A DNA stretch of 64,000 bases from Takakia lepidozioides (lineage: Eukaryota > Plantae > Bryophyta): NCBI GenBank assembly GCA_030704615.1, contig CM060731.1:43338001-43402000 (forward strand). Direction: 5' to 3'. Below the pieces are notes generated by a model, which had not been told where the DNA came from, ran no database searches, and worked only from the letters and a program-made list of their open reading frames with translations. The translations under genes and the position numbers were made by a program. The first letter of the stretch is position 1; each line of letters opens with the position of its first letter. Shown in pieces: positions 25,470 to 36,444 of the stretch.

Positions 25470-28043
25470 AGTGTAGACATGTTCGGGCAGTGCGTGGGCT
25501 TTGTTAAGTTCAAAGCTGAGGTGGTGGATGATGAGACAGGTGCTAAGGTAATCTCTTTGGATTATGGTGATGTAGAATATACGAGTATACAGAATTCCTG
25601 TGGACTGTTCCCTGTGAACATTGACTTGGAGGAACCCTCACGCACATGGTCCCTCCCTCTTGGAATTTGTGTTGGGTTTAAAGGAGCAGTAAGGTTGAAG
25701 TTACTCTCCAATAGAGCTAATGACATATGCTTAAAAGGATAAGTTGAGTTTCAAGATTACATCACATTAGGAAGCATATTGTTGACTACAGCCCTGCTAG
25801 TGTAGCCCTAGAGTTACAACAAGTCTGGTTAATATCACGCGTAGTATTAAATTTTCCAGAACTTTTGATTCTAGCACCTCTCATATTTTGTGGTGAGGAA
25901 CCAGTTGCCAGGCATAGTATTTGCAAGGGGTGGAGCTGTTGGCATTTTGATGCTCTTGGAGTGTGAGGGCGAGAAGTATGCAGTTCTCACTGAACAGTTC
26001 TGCTCAGCTCAATTTACATTTAGGGTTAGGGTAAACCACAATGTTGCATATGGGGTGGATTATCAGAGCTGTGGTAGATCCGTAACAAGATTTTCATCCA
26101 TCTGATAAGGTTCTATGGCAGAATGGGAGCTGTAATTTGGGATCCTTGCGGCGATCTTTTAATTAAGGCCACCAGGAGGGGTTTTGTGTCATGTTAATCT
26201 TGATGATGTCGACAAATGCAAAAAGTTGTACTTGAATGATAATGTTTTCAACTCCTGTGCACAGGCAAGGGTTCCAGTAGGGCGGACCAGACTGGAGCTT
26301 CCTGCTGGCATGCTGGATGATGATGCCGGGGACTTTGTTGGAACCGCTGCCCGAGAGGTAAGGTGTTCTTTTGTTTCCTCCCCACAGACTGCTGTCCTTC
26401 TTTTCCACGAATCTTACTGGTTAGAATTTAAAGTCTGCAAGGTGGGTGATGAAGTACTTTGGTTGGGACTTGGGACTCAGTAGGTGGATGAAGAAGTGGG
26501 CATTCACATCAAAACTTCAGAGCTTGTTGATCTTACAGCTCTGTTGGACGAGTCAACTGGTCGCAAAATGTTCCCCTCACCGGTATCTTCTATCCTCTTT
26601 GATATGGCTTCGTGTGTTCAACTCTCTCTGCTCTCAGTATGCTCTGGCCAATGGTACAAGATCGTCGTACGAGCGATCTTTAGTTCAAAGCTGTTGGTTG
26701 TCACCCATTATAGCCAACCCAGCTATAAAAGGATACCTAATGTGTGGGTATCTGGGGTCGTTCGAGTCCTTAGGGGAATTTTGGGCAACTGCCGGTCACG
26801 GCCCTTAGAAGGTGTGCACCTTCCAAACTGAAGGCAGTAGTCCTTCGGGTGAAGAGACTATGCTCGCTGTGGCAGGCGTCAACCTTTTCTTGGTACGGCC
26901 AAGCCATTATTTGGCAGGTGGCAAGGGTTCTTCAATCTCTTATATGTTAACGCTCAGCTTGGTATTGGGCTGACAAGTGGAAGTGGCTGGCTGACAAAAT
27001 GAAAAAGAGAGAAAGTTAGTGTTTGTGTTGTATGGCGTGCTGACCTTTCTTGTTTTGTCTAGATCCATGTCACAGCTGTATATTGTTTTGACTTCGTGGT
27101 TTTGTGTATCAAACAGGGTGGAAGTGATGAAGATCTTTCATTGCTTTTGTATCGCAGTCAGGTTGACCAAAAGGTGAGTCACAATTTGCAGAATCCTACT
27201 TTGTGTGTGCTCAATTTGTGCTCAATGCCACAATTTGGCTAAAGAGTTCACCACTGTGCTATGAGCCCTCTGGGCCTCCTTAATCAACAAAGCCTTCCTT
27301 GCAGGTTACTTTTCAGTCGGTATTAGTACCCTCTATGCAGGTTGTATGATCAAGAGTACTGGATTTTTCAGTTGCATATTCCCGATTACTAGTGGGTCAT
27401 GGAATGTATGATGCCAGCATCAGAGAATAAAGGAATGATGATCCAATGAATCATCACTCACAGATTTGCAGCCAAAGAGGAGATCTTAATTTCACTACTG
27501 AAGGATACAGCCCATTTTGGTAGTAAACCACTGACCAGCTGCCTGAGTTGAGAGAGAATGGCGCCTCGTCCTAAGCATTCAGCACTTCCCATTCACTCTA
27601 TTAAGTTTCTTTTGGATGTTCTCATTGAAGTATTAGAGTCTATGTTGAATGGTCTTTTTTTGTTCTGCAATGAATTGTCACATTGCCATAACTGTTTGTT
27701 TGCATGTTATGGACTCATTTCTCCAGCTTGTTGGTGTAAAAATCAGTGGTTGATGCGAACAGGCAGAACTAAGTACTTATATGCTGCTGAAACAATATTT
27801 TAAAGTAGCAATGTAGTGTGATGACCCCTTAGATTGAACATATTTTGGCAGGTGATAGAATCATTACAAGGACAACAGACAGGCCTGCAGGAGCATGGAG
27901 AGCTGATCAAGGTGCACATAGTACCTTACCACACCCTTTGGCGCTCCACACCTGACTCCAAGGCTTTGGCTGCCATTGCCATTTATGAGATGGCTTTACA
28001 GTTGAACCTTCTTCCGCCTGCTCCTAATGTGCTGCCTCATTAG
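25470..28043 (+). pseudogene. NUDX14: NUDX14-type Nudix hydrolase, copy B; N-terminal exons not found
   Basis: Exons 25470-25547, 25905-25997, 26265-26357, 26484-26582, 27117-27173 and 27852-28043. The donor after 25997 is TT (GT in copy A); the Nudix box reads REVDEE (REVEEE in copy A). Confidence 0.85.
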
Positions 28044-28843
28044 AGTCTGTGCATTCAGATTGTGTGTCATTGTGGAGTTCAAAGCACTTTCCTTTGTCAA
28101 CAAAGTTTTTGGTTGGAAAGTTGAAGAGTGCAAGAAAGTGAGAACTGGTCACCTTATTATGTCCTACAGACACCCAACAGGTGCATGGATGAAGCTATAG
28201 TTCTGTTCCGTTTGGTGGGGTGAAGAGGTATATTTACTGTTCTGTTTTTTGCGACCTGTGGGATTTTTACACCTGGGACAGGGGATTCATAAATGATTTT
28301 AAGTGCTGGCTATCAGGATCTCAGAAGTACTGCTGGATCTGCTATTTTAACACATGAGGAAAAAGGAAAACAGTGGGGGAGAGAGAGGGGGGGGGGAACA
28401 GTAGAAGAAAAACACAGATGGTAAGCTCGAAGCATGGTTCATTGATCTCAATCCACCTACTAAACAAAATAACAGTCGATCTATCATACTGGTTGAGTTT
28501 GGTTTGTCAATACTTCATAGCTAAAGTGGTAGACTTGGGACGTATGCAGATCTGACTCGGCATCAGGACCCGTAGACTTCTCTGCAAGTGCATGGCTGTA
28601 AACAGCCTGTGTACTCCTTTAATTTTTCCATCTACAAAATCTCTACGTGTGTTTGCAGGAAACTGCACGATGATGTCTTCGTAATATCTCCAACTGTAAT
28701 TTGGAACGTATTGTGGCACTAGCTTGCTAATTTACATGTATTGCACTATTTCGGTTTGCAGCTTGCTTCTGAACTACAGTGGCGCTTTGCTCAATTTTAG
28801 ATTTTTAAATAAGACTGACAATGATCGCATGTTTATATTCCAG

Positions 28844-30277
28844 TGGGGATCCCACTATGTTCAAGTCCTACTGGGATTATGTAGGAGTCGACCAGGAGCG
28901 TCTGACCCGAGCCAGTGATCGCATGAGCTACTTTGCGGAGAACAAGGGATACAACAATGCAGGCATCTGGTTTGTCCATGCAGATCTTGACGATGCAATT
29001 AGGGATTTGCATAATCTTGTTGGCAACGCCATTGTGAAAGATAAAATTCTTATTGTCGGGACGGGATCGACCCACCTTTTCCTAGCTGCAATTTACGCTT
29101 TGTCAAATCCGGAAGAAACGTTTCCAACACCAGTGATTGCTGCTGCTCCATATCACTCCGTACGATTCGTTTTAAACTCATCAATATATTGTATTATATG
29201 AGTGTACCTGAAATGCTGGCCTCTCACCTTCAACTGCAGCCAGTGATTAAAGATCTGTTATCAAGTTTCCTGCTTCGTGAGGCTCAGGCATTGTCTCTCA
29301 AAAATTTCGTTCAGACTTCACGCGTATTGTACTACCAGTCATGGAGTAAAAGGATCTGTAGAACAGTGGCTCTATCTTGTCAATGCAGATGATCTAAGTG
29401 TATTTTTCATGTGTTGTTGATCGACCCATCAAGCAGGCGTATCCGGCACAGGTCGATTTTTTGAGGTCTGGTCTCTTTAAGTGGGGCGGCGACGCAAGAA
29501 CCTTCTCGCAGAAGTCAGAGGATGATGCGTACATTGAGGTGGTTACGTCTCCCAACAATCCTGATGGAACAATACGCGAAGCTTTGAAGGTGACAGCTTC
29601 TGGCGGGTCAGTGATTCATGACCTGGCTTATTACTGGCCTACGTACACACCAATCACGGGTGCAAAAGATCACGACGTAATGCTTTTCACACTTTCCAAG
29701 TGCACAGGACATGCTGGATCGCGCATTGGGTATGACCTCTAAGCAATTCACTTACAGTCTGAGCATCTTGAGACAAATGTTGTTTGATTCTAGTCTGCTT
29801 ACACAAGTCTAGACATGCCTAGATCGGATGTAGGAAGTCCTGCACAACATTTGTTTTACAAGCTGTTACCTTGGTATGCTCCTGCATGGACAACATCTCT
29901 GAGACAGGTTGTTCGTTTTGTAGGTGGGCTCTTGTGCAATCCCCTCAGGTGTCTAAGAAGATGGCCAGGTTTGTTGAGGTGAATACACTTGGTGTATCTC
30001 AAGACTCTTAGATTTGTGCGACTACAATGATTCGAGCAATTCTGAGTGGTTACCAGCAGTCGGGCTTAAGCGGGCCTCCTTACGAGAACCTCACCTGGGA
30101 CAGCGGAGACTCATCTTCTTCAGCCAAGGAAAATCTTTTTTTCCATTTTGGCAGGGAGGTGATGGAGGCTCGTTGGACGGCAATTCGATCTGCATTACAT
30201 GGCAACGCAAAATTTACTATCCCTGACTTCTCCTCGCCTGCCTACTGTACCTTCATGGGGACCTCGTTCTCCAGCAA
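28844..30277 (+). pseudogene. TAR: TAA1/TAR-type aminotransferase, copy B (exon 1 deleted; 3' end lies in the gap)
   Basis: Exons ~28844-29159, 29437-29729 and 29924-gap. CAG>TAG stop at 30009-30011. Promoter and exon 1 removed by a deletion at ~28490. Confidence 0.87.
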
Positions 30278-30777
30278 NNNNNNNNNNNNNNNNNNNNNNN
30301 NNNNNNNNNNNNNNNNNNNNNNNNNNNNNNNNNNNNNNNNNNNNNNNNNNNNNNNNNNNNNNNNNNNNNNNNNNNNNNNNNNNNNNNNNNNNNNNNNNNN
30401 NNNNNNNNNNNNNNNNNNNNNNNNNNNNNNNNNNNNNNNNNNNNNNNNNNNNNNNNNNNNNNNNNNNNNNNNNNNNNNNNNNNNNNNNNNNNNNNNNNNN
30501 NNNNNNNNNNNNNNNNNNNNNNNNNNNNNNNNNNNNNNNNNNNNNNNNNNNNNNNNNNNNNNNNNNNNNNNNNNNNNNNNNNNNNNNNNNNNNNNNNNNN
30601 NNNNNNNNNNNNNNNNNNNNNNNNNNNNNNNNNNNNNNNNNNNNNNNNNNNNNNNNNNNNNNNNNNNNNNNNNNNNNNNNNNNNNNNNNNNNNNNNNNNN
30701 NNNNNNNNNNNNNNNNNNNNNNNNNNNNNNNNNNNNNNNNNNNNNNNNNNNNNNNNNNNNNNNNNNNNNNNNNNNNN
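30278..30777. other. Assembly gap (500 N)
   Basis: Run of exactly 500 N, probably a placeholder length. Confidence 0.99.
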
Positions 30778-33700
30778 TCCAAATTTTGCACCCAGAACAT
30801 TGAAATGCTCAGCTCAAACAGTGTGCGTTGCCGCACACTGTCTGAGCTGGCAGTGAAGGGTTCATTTCACCCTCACACAGGTGCCCCTGAAGTCCAAATT
30901 TTGCACCCAGAAACATTGAAATGCTCAGCTCAAACAGTGTGCGTTGCCGCACACTGTCTGAGCTGGCAGTGAAGGGTTCATTTCACCCTCACACAGGTGC
31001 CCCTGAAGTCCAAATTTTACACCCAGAAACATTGAAATGCTCAGCTCAAACAGTGTGCGTTGCCGCACACTGTCTGAGCTGGCAGTGAAGGGTTCATTTC
31101 ACCCTCATAACAGACACAAGACCAAATTTTGAACCCTAAACATTGAAAGGTCCTCAAACAGTGTGCGTTGCCGCACACTGTTTGGCTGGTTTTGAAGGGT
31201 TCATTTCATCAGATAACAGTGAAGACCAAATTTTGCACCCTCACTCAAACAGTGTGCGTTGCCGCACACTGTCTGAGCTGGCAGTGAAGGGTTCATTTCA
31301 CCCTCACTAACAGACATCAAGACCAAATTTGCACCCTAAAACAGGGAAATGTTCAGCTCAAACAGTGTGCGTTGCCGCACACTGTTTGAGCTGGCAGCAC
31401 AGTGTTCATTTCATCCCAGATAGGTGCCCCTGAAGTCCAAATTTTGCATTAAGAAACATTGAAGTGCTCAGCTCAAACAGTGTGCGTTGCCGCACACTGT
31501 TGGGCTAACAGTGAAGGGTTGATCTCATCCTTAGAGACGTGCCCCTGAAGTCCAAATTTTTGCACCCTAGAACATTGAAATGTTCAGCTCAAACAGTGTG
31601 CGTTGCCGCACACTGTCTGCGCTGGCAGTGAAGGGTTCATTTCACCCTCACACAGGTGCCCCTGAAGTCCAAATTTTGCACCAGAAACATTGAAATGCTC
31701 AGCTCAAACAGTGTGCGTTGCCGCACACTGTCTGAGGTGGCAGTGAAGGGTTCATTTCACCCTCACACAGGTGCCCCTGAAGTCCAAATTTTGCACCCAG
31801 AAACATTGAAATGCTCAGCTCAAACAGTGTGCGTTGCCGCACACTGTCTGAGCTGGCAGTGAAGGGTTCATTTCACCCTCACACAGGTGCCCCTGAAGTC
31901 CAAATTTTACACCCAGAAACATTGAAATGCTCAGCTCAAACAGTGTGCGTTGCCGCACACTGTCTGAGCTGGCAGTGAAGGGTTCATTTCACCCTAACAT
32001 AACAGACATCAAGACCAAATTTTGAACCCTAAACATTGAAAAGGTCTGCTCAAACAGTGTGCGTTGCCGCACGCTGTTTGAGCTGGTTTTGAAGGGATCA
32101 TTTCATCCTCAGATAACAGTCAGCAAAGACCAAATTTTTGCACCCTTAAACATTGAAATGTTCAGCTCAAACAGTGTGCGTTGCCGCACACTGTCTGAGC
32201 TGGCAGTGAAGGGTTCATTTCACCCTCACATAACAGACATCAAGACCAAATTTTGCACCCTAAAACAGGGAAATGTTGAGCTCAAACAGTGTGCGTTGCC
32301 GCACACTGTTTGAGCTGGCAGCACAGTGTTCATTTCATCCCGAGATAGGTGCCCCTGAAGTCCAAATTTTGCATTAAGAAACATTGAAGTGCTCAGCTCA
32401 AACAGTGTGCGTTGCCGCACACTGTTTGGGCTAACAGTGAAGGTTGATCTCATCCTCAGAGACAGTGCCCCTGAAGTCCAAATTTTGCACCCTAGAACAT
32501 TGAAATGTTCAGCTCAACAGTGTGCGTTGCCGCACACTGTCTGAGCTGGCAGTGAAGGGTTCATTTCACCCCTCACACAGGTGCCCCTGAAGTCCAAATT
32601 TTGCACCCAGAAACATTGAAATGCTCAGCTCAAACAGTGTGCGTTGCCGCACACTGTCTGAGCTGGCAGTGAAGGGTTCATTTCACCCTCACACAAGGTG
32701 CCCCTGAAGTCCAAATTTTGCACCCAGAAACATTGAAATGCTCAGCTCAAACAGTGTGCGTTGCCGCACACTGTCTGAGCTGGCAGTGAAGGGTTCATTT
32801 CACCCTCACACAGGTGCCCCTGAAGTCCAAATTTTGCACCCAGAAACATTGAAATGCTCAGCTCAAACAGTGTGCGTTGCCGCACACTGTCTGAGCTGGC
32901 AGTGAAGGGTTCATTTCACCCTCACACACACAGGTGCCCCTGAAGTCCAAATTTTGCACCCAGAAACATTGAAATGCTCAGCTCAAACAGTGTGCGTTGC
33001 CGCACACTGTCTGAGCTGGCAGTGAAGGGTTCATTTCACACTCACACAGGTGCCCCTGAAGTCCAAATTTTGCACCCAGAAACATTGAAATGCTCAGCTC
33101 AAACAGTGTGCGTTGCCGCACACTGTTTGGGCTGACAATGAAGGGTTCATTTCATCCGCAAACAGGTGCCCCTGAAGACCAAATTTTGCACCCTAAACAT
33201 TGAAATGTTCAGCTCAAACAGTGTGCGTTGCCGCACACTGTTTGGGCTGACAGTGAAGGGTTCATTTCATCCTCAAACAGGTGCCCCTGAAGACCAAATT
33301 TTGAACCCAGAAACATTGAAATGTTCAGCTCGAAACAGTGTGCGTTGCCGCACACTGTTTGGGCTGACAGTGAAGGGTTCATTTCATCCTCAGAGAGGTG
33401 CCTCTGAAGTCCAAATTTTGCACCCTGAAACATTGAAGTGTTCAGCTCAAACAGTGTGCGTTGCCGCACACTGTTTGGGCTGACATTGAAGGGTTCATTT
33501 CATCCTCAAACTGGTGCCCCTGAAGTCCAAATTTTGCACCCTGAAACATTGAAGTGTTCAGCTCAAACAGTATGCGTTGCCGCACACTGTTTCAGCTGAC
33601 AGTGTAGGGTTCATTTCATCCTCAGATAGGTGCCCCTGGAGTTCAAATTTTCCACCCAGAAACATTGAAATGCTCAGCTCAAACAGTGTGCGTTGCCGCA

Positions 33701-34990
33701 CACTGTCTGAGCTGGCAGTGAAGGGTTCATTTCACCTCACATAACAACATCAAGACCAAATTTTGCACCCTAAAACATTGAAATGTTCAGCTCAAACAGT
33801 GTGCGTTGCCGCACACTGTTTGAGCTGGCAGCACATTGTTCATTTCATCCTGAGATAGGTGCCCCTGAAGTCCAAATTTTGCACCAAGAAACATTGAAGT
33901 GCTCAGCTCAAACAGTGTGCGTTGCCGCACCCTGTTTGGCTGACAGTGAAGGGTTCATTTCATCCTCAAACAGGTGCCCCTGAAGACCAAATTTTGCACC
34001 TTGAAACATTGAAATGTTCAGCTCGAACAGTGTGCGTTGCCGCACACTGTTTGGGCTGACAGTGAAGGGTTCATCTCATCCTCAGAGAGGTGCCTCTGAA
34101 GTCCAAATTTTGCACCCTGAAACATTGAAGTGTTCAGCTCAAACAGTGTGCGTTGCCGCACACTGTTTGGGCTGACATTGAAGGGTTCATTTCATCCTCA
34201 AACTGGTGCCCCTGAAGTCCAAATTTTGCACCCTGAAACATTGAAGTGTTCAGCTCAAACAGTATGCGTTGCCGCACACTGTTTAAGCTGACAGTGTAGG
34301 GTTCATTTCATCCTCAGATAGGTGCCCCTGGAGTTCAAATTTTCCACCCTGAAACATTGAAATGTTCAGCTCAAACAGTGTGCGTTGCCGCACACTGTTT
34401 GAGCTGGCAGTGCAGGGTTCATTCCATCCTCAGAAAGGTACCCATGAAGTCCAAATTTTGCACCCTTAAACATTGAAATTTTCAGCTCAAACAGTGTGCG
34501 TTGCCGCACACTGTTTGAGCTGGCATTGCAGGGTTCACTCCATCCTCAGAAAGGTACCCATGAAGTCCAAATTTTGCACCCTTAACATTGAAATGTTCAG
34601 CTCAAACAGTGTGCGTTGCCGCACACTGTTTGAGCTGGCAGTGCAGGGTTCATTCCATCCTCAGAAAGGTGCCCCTGAAGTCCAAATTTTGCACCCAGAA
34701 ACATTGAAATGTTCAGCTCAAACAGTGTGCGGCGCCGCACACTGTTTGGGCTGGCTGGGAAGGGTTCATTTCACCTGCAGATAACTGACTCCAAGGCCAA
34801 ATTTTGCACCCTACAACATTGAAAAGATCTGCTCAAACAGTGTGCGTTGCCGCACACTGTTTGAGCTGGCAGTGCGGGGTTCATTTCATCCTCAGAAAGG
34901 TGTCGTTGAAGGAAGAATTTTGCACCCTTAAACAGTGACATGTGCAGCTCAAACAGTGTGCGGCAACGCACACTGTTTGAGCTGCCGCTG
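30778..34990. repeat. ~116-bp tandem satellite, ~36 units, each with a 40-bp palindrome
   Basis: CTCAAACA recurs at 30813, 30929 and 31045 (period 116). The core CAGCTCAAACAGTGTGCG-TTGC-CGCACACTGT(T/C)TGAGCTG is an 18-bp stem with a 4-nt loop. Confidence 0.96.
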
Positions 34991-36444
34991 AATGGTTCTT
35001 TCTTTCACAAATACCTGCCATTGAAAGCCGAATTCTTCACAAATATGGGTCCTGTAGATTTTACCTTTTTCCTAGCTACTCGAGAAGACTCCCCAGTTGC
35101 CGGGGACCCTTTCCGCTTCGGGCTGCTCTCTTCGCCGACTATGTAGGTGAGCCTCTCCCCCTTCCTCTTTCCCGTGGTCAGATCGTTCGTGAGGCCAGTG
35201 TCAACATCTTCCTCCATGTCGTCTGTCTCTCCCTCAGACGCAGTGTCCTCCTCGCCTGTTCCTGGAACTATGGTGGGTTGTTGTTCTTCTCCAGATTCCT
35301 GCTCCTCCATCGCCACACTTTCCTGTATTCCCTCTTCTTCCTCCTTTCCTCTTCCTCCACTCTTTCCATCCTCATTCTATATCTAGCTCTATTCCTGTTT
35401 CTAGAACTCGTGAAGTATAATGACTTCCTTCTCTTTCTCCTCCGCTGGAAACAAGGGCTCCCCACGATGCCCCTGGAGCTCTCCAGTTTGACGTTTGCAA
35501 CAAGTGCTGGTATCGCATGTAACAAAAATAAAAATGGACGTTGTCAACCGTATTTGGATGCGGGTGTTGATATTGTGTGCGAACGGAATTCATCCATTTT
35601 GTCGTCTTTGTATTACCCAGCTAATAAAGCGCCGAAGAAAAAGAACATCCGTTGCATGCATTTGCGATATATGTCAGATGTACTTCGCCGCCTGCCAATA
35701 CATGGCGGCCTCCTTGCCTTCTTTCAAATTCGAATGCGCCGTAGAAATGTAGTGCTTTTTCAATTCCGAGCAGTTCTTCCAGATTCGCAATAATTGTTAT
35801 GCTTCACATATGCATCCACGTGTGTTGTACTGCATGCCCTGTGGTTTTTTTTTATGCCGTGACCGTCCCCATGGGGTCATTCGGTATAAAGGATTGTGTC
35901 GGATATGACCATGTGTTGCACACATTCGTGCGAGGTATCTCTTGGAGTGTCGGTGTTTGTTCTGTGCTATTCTGGCGCAACACAATCTCATTACAATCGG
36001 ATCTTCCTGTTTACTGCTCTCCAGGGTTGTTGCCGTCATTTCATAATGGATGGTTTCATGTCATTTTCAGGGTTTGTTTTCCATCCAAAAACAGTACGGC
36101 TTCTTGTGGCTCTGGTCTTTCAAAACGGTTTTTCTGGTTGGTGGGAGGTGAAGGTGCACGTCATCCCTACATCCTTGGCATGCATCGCCGGCAGCCTTTG
36201 GTTTGGTGCTACCCTTGTTGACCTCAGTTTGCTGGTGGTATTTCCACTTTCGATAATTACAGGGCTCTCAGTTCGGGGATTCCGTTCTGAATCGGCAGTT
36301 TCGTTCAGTGCTGGAAAACATGTCGAGGGAGCGAGATGCACTCGCTCGATTCCATTCCAATGCAGGTACTCTTCCACTGACTGCCACTGCAGACGACGAT
36401 GGGTATGCAGTTGTTCATGAGGATGAGCTGGTTACAGTGTTCCC

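Larger units (their letters stand above)
23702..30277 (+). repeat. Inverted duplication, arm B (runs into the gap)
   Basis: Reverse complement of 13074-5483; lacks ~980 bp corresponding to about 7337-8317. Confidence 0.95.

Noticed and set aside
30027-30972. Long ORFs spanning the N run
   Set aside because: Artefacts of translating N.
31656-34971. ORFs inside the satellite
   Set aside because: The 116-bp period is not a multiple of 3; these are chance translations of the repeat.
30778-34990. CRISPR array (palindromic repeat plus spacers)
   Set aside because: The ~76-bp linkers are homologous to each other rather than unique spacers; there are no cas genes; the context is eukaryotic.
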